From assembly GCA_963693365.1 (NCBI GenBank), contig CAVNZM010000011.1, forward strand, positions 4,906,639-4,970,638: a stretch of DNA of 64,000 bases, written 5' to 3'. This document shows, piece by piece, positions 25,781-36,745 of the stretch (positions are counted from its first letter, which is position 1; each line of letters opens with the position of its first letter). The notes beneath the pieces are model-generated. The model was not told the origin of the DNA, did no database searches, and saw only the letters and a program-made list of their open reading frames with translations. Source of the stretch: Amoebidium appalachense. Taxonomy: Eukaryota; Protista; Ichthyosporea. The position numbers and the translations under genes were made by a program.

Positions 25781-26326
25781 CTAGTAACTGTTGCGCCCTC
25801 CACGCCCACGGTCACCCCGACCACCATCATTACCACGCTGGCCACCCTTGCCGCCACGGCCCCGAGCTCCTTGCTGGTTAGGTGGCCCACCGCGCGGAAC
25901 ACGTGGCTGCGGCTTGGGGGGAGGCCCCTGCCCAGGGGCCCCGTTGGCCCACTGCCCTTGAGGGGGAGGCGGGCGAACGGGTGTGGGGGATCCTGCAGAG
26001 GGGCAATCCTCAGCCCTGTGTGCTGCTACCGCGGCAGCCTGCTGGCGTAGGGTCTCCTGACGCTCAAGCTGGCGCTGCTGTTCCGCGCGCAAAGCTTCCA
26101 CGCGCTCGCGCTCCGCACGCAACTCAGCCTCAGCGGCCTCCTGCTCACGTTGAGCTTCGGCCAAACGAGCCTCTAAAGTAGCGAACTCAGAGCTAACCTG
26201 CTGCTCGACGTTTCCTTCCACCTGCCCAGCGTGATCATTGGGAGGCGGGGAACGGCGAGGGGATCCCTCAACCTCTCGCTCGGGTGAAGCCTCGCGGCTA
26301 TTGCGAACTTCACCATTATCTGCCAT
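25781..26326 (-). CDS. Short Gag-like ORF1 of A (coiled coil plus Pro/RGG tail)
   Basis: 181-aa ATG ORF just downstream of the 5' LTR. It ends in TAG in frame with the protease. No capsid or zinc knuckle is recognisable. Confidence 0.6.
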   Translation of the reverse strand: MADNGEVRNSREASPEREVEGSPRRSPPPNDHAGQVEGNVEQQVSSEFATLEARLAEAQREQEAAEAELRAERERVEALRAEQQRQLERQETLRQQAAAVAAHRAEDCPSAGSPTPVRPPPPQGQWANGAPGQGPPPKPQPRVPRGGPPNQQGARGRGGKGGQRGNDGGRGDRGRGGRNSY

Positions 26327-26453
26327 GATTGTTAAGAAAGAACAACTGGTGTATGCGGGAGAAAAGGGAAAGGAAAAAAAAAAAACTGTGTGTAACTTAA
26401 CCTATTTGCGAGAACTCCGCGCAAAACTACCGCTTCAGGTGTGTAGCTCAGAC

Positions 26454-26744
26454 TGTTGTGTCCCTTGTGTGTATACGTGTGTTGAAGTGGGTTCTTTGAA
26501 CGGAGTTATAGGGGAAAAGGCAAAGCGACACCATCACTGGGGGTTAACGGGAACTCACTCGTTTCCCTAACCTTTTACTATCGGCTCCCTGCACAGCACA
26601 GAGCGCAGGCTGATGTACGGGAAGGTGTCTCCAGGACACGTAGGCGCACTCATTGAATTCCTCATCATATATGGAGCGCCAGGCTCGTATCCTATTGGCT
26701 ACTATTTGATGGTATTTTACCCCATATGACGCAATCACACCACA
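26454..26744 (-). repeat. 5' LTR of Gypsy A
   Basis: Direct repeat of 1961-2251. Confidence 0.93.
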
Positions 26745-27072
26745 GGATGGGGGGGGGGGGGGGGAGGGGGAAACCGGGGAAAGAAGGGGAGAGAAGAGGA
26801 GAGAAAGAGGGATGGAGGAGGAGAGGGGGGAAGGACGGGGAATGGAGGGGAAGGGGGTTGTTTATATCTTAGTTCTGAGTCATATCTAAGTTATCACTAA
26901 CCATATCGAGGTACTAAGGGGGGGGGGGGGGGGGGGGGAGGGGGGCGGGGGCGGTTAGTATAAGGAAGTTAGTATGGTTAGTGGGGGTGGGTTAGTGGGG
27001 TTCCGATGGGATCTGTATGTCTGTGTGTGCTTGTGTACGTGTGTGCGCGTGTTGGTGTGCGCGTGTGTAGAT

Positions 27073-27114
<42 letters not shown>

Positions 27115-27157
27115 GTGTACGCGCGTGCAGATGTGGGTGTGTGTGTGTGTGTGTGCA

Positions 27158-27192
<35 letters not shown>

Positions 27193-27343
27193 TGTGTGTG
27201 TGTGTGTGTTAGTGGATGTGCGTGTATGTGTGTATGTATGTATGTGTGTGTGTGCCTGGATGTGTACGTGTGTTGGGAGGGGAACTCTGCAGTGGGGCAC
27301 CCGGTCAGTTGTGTTAGTGGTTAGTAAGGGGGGGGGGGGGGGG

Positions 27344-27549
27344 GATCTGATTTCCGACTGGTCGGAAATCATGTATGGATTTCAGGTATTTATGCGAGAT
27401 CAAAATAAATTGAGTTCAGTCGTGTCTAAACATTGATGTCTGTTGTGTACACTGCTCCGATCGTTTCGTGTTTTGTTGTTGTGTGTCTGTGGTGTTTTCA
27501 CACTGCACCACTGTGTCTCTGCTTCCGTCCCAAATTCTTATACAATTTT
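27344..27549 (+). repeat. Left arm of the ~210-bp inverted repeat (partner 32405-32624)
   Basis: GATCTGATTTCCGACTGGTCGGAAATCATG...CCCAAATTCTTATA is the reverse complement of 32405-32624, with scattered substitutions and an indel. Confidence 0.9.
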
Positions 27550-27704
27550 CGCGGGGGGGGGGGGGGGGGGGGGGTTAACGTTAGGTTGAGCAGGGTTGAA
27601 TCTCAGAGAGTGCATTTAGGCAGCCGTGTTGAAGAGGTCTTGTGGGAGTCGGTGTTGGAGAGGTAGGAATGCGGATGTGATAGTGTGCCACCATGACGGG
27701 TATT

Positions 27705-28784
27705 TCAAAGTAGGGATTGGAATTCGATGGCCAGGATCAGGAGTTGGGGAAGGAAAAGGAGAGGGATGGAGGTGTTTGCCCATGATGCTCGAATGTATGC
27801 TCCCGTGACTGTCGCTTTTTTCGCTTGTTTTGATTGGTACGAGTGCCAGTGTTTAAACCGTATGATCTTCTGTGGCTCCCCAGCTAGGATTTGATATACG
27901 TTTTTGTTGTGGTAAGTGCAAATGAGTCCGTAAGGTGTGCATTCCAAGTCCACTTCGAGCATCTTGTATGAATTCACTTCGGGTTCGCTCTCAAGCGTGA
28001 GGTCAGGGGGGTAGCACTCATTATAGAACATACGTTTCAGTGGGCGTACCAAATCCGCATGGTCGGTGATTGTGTCGGGAGTCACGGTGAAGAACGCAAT
28101 GTATGCATCATCCATGTATCGTGCCCCTACCGCTACTATCCTGAGGAAAGTGATGTGGGTGCGTAGGCTTTTTATCAATGCATTTTCCCCGTGCGAGCAT
28201 ACTATGATAGCATTGGGTGCACTGGTGGGGGAACCCATAGGGATGCCGACAAACTGCTTTACGATCTGTGCTACACCTACCAGGAAGTAGGCATTTTCTA
28301 AGTCGAAGCGCACAATATCCCGGATCTGTACTAGGCTTAAGCGAATGTACTGCTTGTGTGGGTGGGGGCCTACCTTGTTGTCAGCTTTTCTACCGATTGA
28401 TACCGAGTCGGACACATATGCATTATGAGAGAACTTTTGTGCTGCTATGTCTAGTAACCACTCGATTGCAGCTAGGATGTCGCTGTGTTTTAAGTTGGTG
28501 AACATATTTTTCACGTCGACTGCTACTTGTGTGCATTTGACGGTTTCACCCGGGAACTGTTTGGAGAGGAGGTTGACGTTCGTCAGGTGCACGAAGTCCC
28601 TAATATCATGTGTGCGGTTAATGGTGAAGGATTCGAGGGAGCATGCTTGGAGTAGGGTGTTGAGAGCGCGTGCAGCAGCGCGTAGGTGGAGCTTAAGGGG
28701 GTTTTTTGGAGGTCTTTGTTTTTGTGGAGGCAGTAAGAGGAGGGGAGGCATGCATTTTTCTGTATGCGAGCTACTTTCATCCAT
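27705..28784 (-). pseudogene. Penelope-like reverse transcriptase
   Basis: AVDVKNMFTNL; QFVGIPMGSPTS; RYMDD; MLEVDL; TYHNKN; thumb-like RFKHWHSYQS...GAYIRA. Confidence 0.9.
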
Positions 28785-29508
28785 TCTTTGCGTGTGGGTT
28801 CATTGGGGCGGATGTAAGAGAAGAGGAGGTGTTGCGGTGTGAGGGAGGAGGGGAGGTAGCGATCTGGGTCGTGCAGGAAGGTGTTTGTGTATACTTCGTA
28901 GTACTACGCGTGCTGGGGGCAAACGATCACAAGAAGTTCATTTCCGTTTTTATTGCATGGGCCGACTACGAGATTTTTAAGACGTCACGTTTTCGTGTAT
29001 TGAAGGTGGGGGAGGGGGAATTGGTTATCGTTGCTTAGGGATTGTGTTGTGATGCGTGTGGCAAGTGTGCGGGTTAGTTGGTAGCACGCAGGGAAGTGGG
29101 GAGGGTCACGGGAGTGTAGGATTTGGGTTGCAACGAACTCATGGCAGTCTCGTGCAAAATTGAGCAAATCTAAGCGTGCCTGTTCCGATGTGGGCGGTGG
29201 TGTGTGTTGCGCACCGTATGCGAGGGTGTGTTGTATTTTTGGGTCGGGGAAAGCTGCACCTTTGTATAGTATGTGTGGGGTGGTGTTACATGTGCATGCC
29301 GGTGGGTTGTTGGTGTCGAGGGTGCGGTGAAACTTTGTGTGTGTGTGTAGCATATCAGCAAGGGAGGGGCGAGCTGTTTCTATAATGCAGGTGCGGCGGG
29401 TGAGGAGGGCAAGGGTGCTGGGCGGGATGTTCGCATCTGTGAGGCAGGCACGTAGCATCATGATGGCACGCAGGTCGGATTGCTGATGCAACGGTGGGTG
29501 AAGGGGAT

Positions 29509-30627
29509 TCAGAGCATATGGTGCAGAGGGTATTGGTGTATGCGCTTATAGATCCAAGAGGTTTGTCGAAGCATGTGTGCTTGTGCTTTGGTGGGGTTGG
29601 GGAGATCGAGGAGGGTGAGGGTGACTGCACTAAGGTCGTCTAGAGGGAGTTGGAGGAGAATTCGGAAAGCAAGGCCTGGGGAGTGAGCGGCGGCTAGGCC
29701 TACGCGTGCGAGTAGAGGGAGTGTGGGTTGGGAGGAGGGGGAAGGGAGGTTGGGGGTTACGTGTAATGTGATAGTGTTAGAGTCAGGAGGGTTTCTCGAT
29801 TTGTACTGTGCAGTTGAGTAGCTGTAGGTGTTTTCGTAGGGCAAGGTGTGCGTAGCGTTGGGAGGGTTGGAGCGTGCCTGGGGTGTATTGGAGGGATATG
29901 GAGGTAGGTTGGGGTGGGGGTGTGGTGATGTGCTGTTGAACGAAGGTGTGTAGTGAGTATAACAGTGAGAGGAAATGCATGCCATCGTAGGTGTATTGGG
30001 TAATGGGTGGTGGTGGTGGTGGGGAGGGGTGTGGATGTTGTGGGCGTGGTGGGGAGGGTGCAGTATCGGGGGGGGGGGGGGGTTCTCGTTTCCTTCTATG
30101 ATTGGTTTCCCGTGATTGGTGTATGAGTGGGGGGTTAAGGATGTGCACGAGGGGTGGGGGTACGTGTTGCAGGTGGTTGAGAGCCTGGGGTGGAGTTGCT
30201 TTATGAGCAGGTGTTCTGCTTCCCGTAGATCCCATGGTTGTGCGGCGTATATAGGGACTCCGAGGAAGAAGTATTTGTGTGTGCCTATACGCCAGATGTG
30301 TGCATATTTTGCCTCTGTGTTAGGGAGATGCCCTTTTCGTGCAGCGGCTATGTGTTGGTTTGCGCGGGTAAGCAGGGAGGTGGTTGAGCCGATGTAAAAC
30401 TTGTTGTTTTCGAGGGAGAGTAGTGCATACACAACGTTTGGAGTGGCATATGCTTGTTCTGTGCCGGCATGCGGGAAATTTCGTGCGAGTGCGTGTATGT
30501 GGCGTAGGTATGCAGGGCATGATTCATTCAGGTATGCTAGGGCGGCGTTTGCGGTGCGCACGAGGGTAGGCCAATAAACATAGGCGTTTGAAGGGGATAG
30601 TGGTATTCTGTGCAGAGCATTGCTCAA
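29509..30627 (-). pseudogene. GIY-YIG endonuclease-containing ORF of the PLE
   Basis: NVVYALLSLENNKFYIGST...RANQH...LREAEHLLIKQLHPRLS, giving the GIY-YIG, R and E motifs. Confidence 0.85.
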
Positions 30628-31223
30628 GTATGTGGAGCAGTGTGTGTGTGTGTGCTAACGCTGCTTGGCGTGCTGAATCAGATGCGTCCATGGTGCACCG
30701 TCTGAGTTATGTAGGCTGTAGGGTTCGGTTTGTGTGTGCGTGTGTGTGCGTGTGGCTGTGTGCATGTGTGTGTGTGTGTATGGAGGGGGGGGGGGGGGGG
30801 GGGGGGGGGGCAAAAACAAGAGAATTTTTTGGTATGAGTGTACTCTTTTGTTTGGGAGGTAGGGTAGCCGGTACCCACCTGTGAGTAGTTCCTAGCCAGC
30901 CCTAGCCAGCTCCAGTGCGTATACGGTCGGGTTCACTTGTCCAGTGCTTTAGCTATAGCCTCAATGTTGGGGCCCTGGTTCTTTCTAGTTTTCACCCCGT
31001 ATGCTGCTCCAATGCTAGTCTGCCTATCCTCTCTGAGTGCCTTAGTGTATGCGGCTACGAGAAAATCTTTTCCTTTCCTTTTCAGTAAGCTACGTCACGC
31101 TTGTTGGGTGATATCAGGTTGATTATTCAACGTCTCAGGCTACTTCACCTACGGGGGCCACCAGACTGTGCTTGGGGTGGGGGGGTGGGTGGGGCAAGGG
31201 ATGGTTTCTTCTGTGCTGGGGGT

Positions 31224-32123
31224 TCAGGGAGTGGGGAGGGGGGACTCGAACATGCTGGAGGGGGGTAGGAGAGGGGGGAGGAGGAGGGGCGTAGGGGTAG
31301 GGTGGGTAGTAGTAGGGGTAGGGGATGGGGGGTGGGGTGGTGTCACAGGTGGGTGTAGGTGCGGTGGTGGTGGGTGCAGACTGACAGTGTGTGTGTAGTA
31401 GTGGGTGTTGTGTTGGTGGTGGGTGTGGTGTTGTGCCTGTCTACTAGTGTTTCCTAGTTGTTCTTTCAGAAAGGCTATATCCTCCGATAGTTTTTCGAAC
31501 TTTTCCGTGGTCTTGTTGTGTCCCAAAACTTCCACTGCACTCTCCTTTGCCGCGCCTTGGATACCTATGACCTTCTGTATACTGGCGTTGACGATGGTTT
31601 GCAACTCCTCTTGCCGTTTCTTCTCTTCCGCTTCCTTTTTCCGTTCTTCCTCCTCTATACGCGGCCGTTTGTTGTCTTCCTTTTTCTTTTCGAGCTGGTT
31701 AAAGGCGTTTCGAGTAAAACCGAGTGGGTCGGGGTTTTGGTTTAAGTCTGTACCGGAGTGGTGGGGTGGGTTGAGGTTGGAGTTGGTTGGGTTGCGGTTA
31801 AACTTTAAAGATTGGTTGTTGGGGGAAAGGGGTGCCAGGGTGGTGGCGGTAGAAGGGCCGGAGGCCCTACCGGGGGTTGTGCGTGGTTGCCGTAGGTGCC
31901 GTAGCCGTTCGGGTTGAGACCGGGAAGTGGTGGTTGGGGTACTGGTGGGCGGGGGTAGTTGTTGGGGAAGTTGGGGTTGGCGTGCCAGTGTGCCATTCCG
32001 TGGCTCCGAAGTGTTGGTGTGTAGATCTAGATCCTCTGCTGGCGTCAGACTCATGATCAGCGCCTGCCTGTCCATGCCTGAGCGGCGGAGCTCCGAGCGC
32101 GTCCGTGCACGTGGGACCGTCAC
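31224..32123 (-). CDS. Upstream ORF of the PLE (Pro/Asn-rich with coiled coil), function unknown
   Basis: 299-aa ORF, same strand as and upstream of EN-RT, inside the inverted repeats. Confidence 0.5.
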   Translation of the reverse strand: MTVPRARTRSELRRSGMDRQALIMSLTPAEDLDLHTNTSEPRNGTLARQPQLPQQLPPPTSTPTTTSRSQPERLRHLRQPRTTPGRASGPSTATTLAPLSPNNQSLKFNRNPTNSNLNPPHHSGTDLNQNPDPLGFTRNAFNQLEKKKEDNKRPRIEEEERKKEAEEKKRQEELQTIVNASIQKVIGIQGAAKESAVEVLGHNKTTEKFEKLSEDIAFLKEQLGNTSRQAQHHTHHQHNTHYYTHTVSLHPPPPHLHPPVTPPHPPSPTPTTTHPTPTPLLLPPLLPPSSMFESPLPTP

Positions 32124-32404
32124 GGAGTACTACACTGAGTAGCCTACGCGCTTGCGTGCGCCGGGTGCGCGTGGATGTATACATGTACGTGGCGACTCAG
32201 GCTGACTCAGGCCTAGGCCTATTTGTAAAATTTTGGGCCTGTGCCGTTTGGCGGGTAATACAATTGCATGCATGGGTGACTGCATGCCATGCACAATCAG
32301 CTGCAGTGTCACTGAGTTGCATGAAGACTAACCTGTTTGTGTGTGTGTGTTTGTGCACACGTATGCGTGGTGCGTCACGGCAAGTGTACATGACGTGCGC
32401 GTAC

Positions 32405-32624
32405 TAAATTTTATAAGTATTTGGGACAGAAGCAGAGACACAGTGGTGCAGTGTGAAAACACCACGGACACACAACAACAAAACACGGAACGATCGGAGC
32501 AGTGTACACAACAGACATCAATGTTTAGACACAACTAAACTCAATTTATTTCGATCTCCATATATACTTGAAATTCTCTTAAGTCAAATCCATACATGAT
32601 TTCCGACCAGTCGGAAATCAGATC
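32405..32624 (-). repeat. Right arm of the inverted repeat, with terminal palindrome TGATTTCCGAC-CA-GTCGGAAATCA
   Basis: Reverse complement of 27344-27549. Confidence 0.9.
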
Positions 32625-33199
32625 TATGTCTAAAATAACCAATCACAATTAACTGATTATTTCCCGGATAGATCCGGAGACACAGAAACGCACACCATAG
32701 GTCACAGCTATAAGAAAGTATTGAGGTGAAAAGTAACGAGGAAAGAGGTGATGTTTCTAACCTATCGGCACCGGCTACAAAGACTCGGACATTTTCTGAC
32801 TAACTTGTCTACTGATTGGATACAGTACGGCAACACACAAAACTAAAGTGGTTGACTAAGCTATGAATCATACATGACAAACTAAAGTGTAGCCTAAGTG
32901 CTTTTCTACCAATCAAAACATACTTCTAGTAACAAGTAATATATATCTACTCAACGTACATTAGTGAAAAAGAAACATAATCATGTGAAAGAAAACAAGG
33001 GAGAACTTGAAAAGAAAGAGAAAAGAAAGAAGGAGGAGGAGGAAAAAGAGAAGAAGACAGGACAGAAAACACGAACACAAGAACACAGTTGTAACAGAAG
33101 ATATTTACGTACACATAAACGTGTACACGTTTCTCCCTGAGTGGGTGGAAACGTGTACACACACATCAACACACTAACCAGTGACAAAGTACACGATTA

Positions 33200-36100
33200 G
33201 GACCGATTACATGTGTACAGACACATTAGAGATCGATGAGACATTTTTCGTAATAGGAGTGACTGTGACATATATACTAAGTTTCCTAAGATGGCCCGAG
33301 TGGTGGTCTTGGTGGTGCCGGTGGCTGCAAGTAGTGGGTCCACCGATCGTGGGCAGAATCCCCGTTCGACCCACTTGATGTCTTCGGGGTCTGGTGGGTC
33401 ACCGTTGCCTCCTATCCAGTTTATCCATGCACATTGGTCTACCACCGTGGCTGCCGTAGGGTGGTGCTGTGCCGTGGGGGTGTTTGGATGACGAGTGTGC
33501 AGGACGTTGTGGATGCACTGCGGCTGTGATGGCCGTGGTCAGGGTGGGGACCTCCCCGGCCCGGGGATGGGCCGGGCAGGCCCAGAGGTGGGTGGTGGTC
33601 TCAGGGTGCTGGCTGCACCGGGGACATGTGGGCTGTGTAACGACGGTGGGGTGATCTCGGTGTAGCCGTGCCATGGTAGGCAGGGTGCCCATGGCCAGGG
33701 ACAGGCTACGAATGTTTCCTCTGACGGCCCCGATGGTTGCCTGTGCGGGCCCCTTGTTGAGCTTGAGGGGGTCACGTCCGTTCGGCTGGGAGCAGTCTGG
33801 GGTCGGCTAGTATGGACATAGCCTTGGTCTTGCCGGCCATGTCGGTGAGGAAGTCCTTGTTCAACCGGTTCAGTGTACCGGGAATGTTGCCGGGGATACA
33901 AGTGGCCTTGTAGTCGTAGCAAGTATTCCCCCCCCCCCCCCCCCCCCCCCCAGGGCCCGGGGGGGGGGGGGGGGGGGGGGGGGGGCTCTTCCTGCATTGG
34001 CTGCCGTATCTGCCTCGTTATTCCGTTGACCGTACCGTTTGGTGTTGGATTGGTGCCCCTTCACCCACGATACCTGTACAGAGCCTGGTTGCCGTAGGGA
34101 GAGTTGGTCTCGTACGTGAGCCCATTCCACTATGTGGGGGAACTTTAGCTTACGTCGAGGGGGTGTGGCGGGGTCCATGTTTGCCCCCCATCGGTCGACT
34201 ACTCCGAGGTTATCGAGCTTGATGTTGATGGGGGTGGTGGTGGGTGAGCAGGAGGGCTATTAGTAACCCTCTGAGTTCGGCTTGGGTGGATGATAGGGCC
34301 GTATGGAGCCTGGTCTTGGCCGTCACTGGTGGTGCTTTCCAGTCCGGGGTGTCCAGCACAGCCCCGGCTCCGGCCTGGGCTGCCCTCCTGCCCGGGTGGA
34401 TGAGGCTGCCGTCCGCATAAACGGTGAGCGGTTGGTCTGGGGGGATCAGGGTGATTTGCTGCTGCCACTCGTCATAGGTGGCCTGGGGCACCAAGTCGGT
34501 GTACTAGTACCTGGTGAGCCTACGGGGAGCCTCTGGGTGGGCTCGGCAGGTCAGCCGGGTGGGCCGTGCACTTGTGTCCTGGTGGTGACCCTACCGGTAG
34601 TGGCTGCTGGGGGGGCGGTGGGCCGGGGAGGTCCCCCGGCAAGGGTGTGGCCTCCTCGTTGGCTTGCAGGTGGAGCATCTGGGGTGATGCCTGTTGGTGG
34701 GGGGGAAGATGCCGCCGAAAATGGTGTATCTTCCTCCACTGCTCGGCCGGATCGGAGCCATCCTTCAGTGCGATGACTTGGTAGATGTCGATACTGTCGG
34801 TGTTGACGAAGTTCTTGTGGTACTTCGGGACTACCATGTGGGTCACGGTGGTGATTCGGGTCTTGAAGGCCACGTAGGGGTCTGCCCGTATCACCTCCAC
34901 AGCACGGGTCCACCCCACACACTGCTTGTTGTGGGTGTGGTTATCGGCTGGGGGCTCAGGGGGCTCGTATTTGCTGTTGGTGCTGTCGGTGCTAGAGTCC
35001 TCTGAGTCGTCGGAGTCGTCGCTGGGCCCCGTCGACTCCGATTCTGGCTCCGTGTCTGACCCTTCCCCCTCTCCGTCTGCGTACCCGGGGCTGGGGGAGA
35101 GGGTGGCCGGGGGTGTAGGCCAGGTTCCATGGGGAGTGGCTGTATTTGCAGTCACCGGGGCAAAAGCGGAAATGGGCTGTTCCATGTGGGTCGTTCCACG
35201 TGGGTCGGTGCCATCTCAGCCCCTCCTCCTCTGTGTTGTCCCGTAGATGGGCTATTTTGACCCTCCCCGTTGTGGGTGGTGTGGGCCACCACCTGGCTGA
35301 GTTCGCATTGCCCGTTCTTGACTATTTCCACCACGAATGCACCAACGGGGTGGTTTGCCACGAGGTCAATGGTGTGGTGGGTGTGTGGTCTGGGTGCTGG
35401 CCGTAGTTGGGCTGCGATGGGGATGGCCCCCTTAATGATGGACCTGTACCACTGTGTAGGTCCCGAGTTTAGTAGGTCTGGGGGGTGGGGCAGTTCGGGG
35501 AACGCCCGGAACACCCCCGGCCGTACCATGACGGTGTCCTCCACCGTGTAGAGTTAACGGGGGTGTGTGGGGGGGACCGATGTGGGCCGCAAAGGTGTGG
35601 TCCGGGAAAGCGGTGTTGATAGGGGTGCTGGTTGTTGTTGCTGCTTCCCCTCCTTCTCCTTGGGGGGAGGGGGGGGTGGGGGTGGGGGTGCTTGTGTTTT
35701 TTTGGGGGGGGGGGTTCCTCAATACTCAGGTGCCGCTCGTGAAGGATCCCCGTGATATGGGCCCAATAGTTGTGGAGCTGCTTTCCCCCTAGCCTGTAAA
35801 GTTTGGCTGGGGGTGCTTGCAGGGGTGGGTAGGGTAGGCCTGTCACGTGTTGCTGCTGCCAGGCTCGGTACCGGACCACTTCCCCTGCTGGTCCTGGTGT
35901 TTCCAGCAGGGCACACAGCTCCGTAACCATGGTGCTGGCTGCTGATTCGACGATGCTGGTCAGTCCCCCTAGAGTGGGATGGTGTAGCAGCCCGGACGGG
36001 GTGCTCCGGTGGAAACCACACTTCCGACGGAGTAGGTCTCTCCACTTGCTGTCAATTGCCTGCATGGTGGTGTTGCTGATGACTGACCCTTTGAGGAGGA

Positions 36101-36745
36101 AGAGGATGGCCGGGGCCACTGGCACCACACTGTCGGCTACGTAGATCACTTGGCTGGGTGCCAGCATTTTACGGGCTAGCATGGTGGTGGCCCGTAATGT
36201 CAGCTGCATGGCCTTCCCATCGTTGGGCCGGGTGTGTCGTTGGAGGGTGATGTTGACCCCTAGCACTCTGATGTGCGCATCGGGGGGCTCGATCTGAATG
36301 GCCGGGGTAGGGGTGGTGCTCCCGGGGATTTGCGGTACTGCAGGGGGGCCACTGTTGCCCGTGTTGGGGTACCAAGGGCGAGGACTGAAAACTTGTCTGG
36401 GTGTGGTTCCAAGTCGTGGTAGTAAAAAAAGGGGGCAGATAAGTCGAGAGTTTGCTGGATGCTCTCCTTGTTGGGGCCAAACCATGTTGTGTCGTCGGCG
36501 AAGGCTACAGACGTCACACACGGGGGTGTTTGTGCCGGTGTGTGGTGCTGTGTCTGTGGGGGTAGGTGGAAAGTGTACCCCTTGCCGTGCCTTTTAATGG
36601 CTGTCAAAACTGGATCGTAAAAAAAAATCCACAGAATGGGGGAGAGGACAGCCCCTTGGGCCAGGCCGTTTTCAACAGGGAAAGACTCAGTGTGCCCCTG
36701 GTCTGTGCACACCGTGGCTGTGCGATTGTGCCACATGTGCCGGAA
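33200..36745 (-). mobile_element. 5'-truncated non-LTR retrotransposon (RT C-half, RNase H, CCHC), frameshifted
   Basis: NGLAQGAVLSPILWIFFYDP; AFADD; RVLGV; LGGL; RNase H VYADGS...SSTQAELRG...WVKGH...NNEADTAA; CPRCSQHPETTTHLWAC. The 3' boundary is approximate. Confidence 0.85.

Larger units (their letters stand above)
1961..26744 (-). mobile_element. Ty3/Gypsy chromovirus A (outermost element, interrupted by element B at 6538-24834)
   Basis: Two 291-bp LTRs (1961-2251, 26454-26744), TG...CA, about 2 differences. PPT at 2252-2264. Domain order on the minus strand is gag-PR-RT-RH-IN-chromodomain once B is removed. Confidence 0.93.
27344..32624 (-). mobile_element. Penelope-like retroelement, GIY-YIG upstream of RT (Chlamys-type), degenerate
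   Basis: PLE-type RT at 27705-28784, GIY-YIG at ~30180-30450, upstream ORF at 31224-32123, flanked by inverted repeats. Confidence 0.85.

Noticed and set aside
26441-26453. tRNA gene or SINE suggested by GTGTAGCTCAG
   Set aside because: No B-box or cloverleaf follows. The match stops at the LTR edge, so it is treated as a putative PBS.
32627-33175. Possible solo LTR (TG...CA, CCAAT boxes, 12-bp inverted repeat at ~33120-33160)
   Set aside because: No TSD and no second copy in the window. It may be LINE 3' UTR or unrelated repeat.
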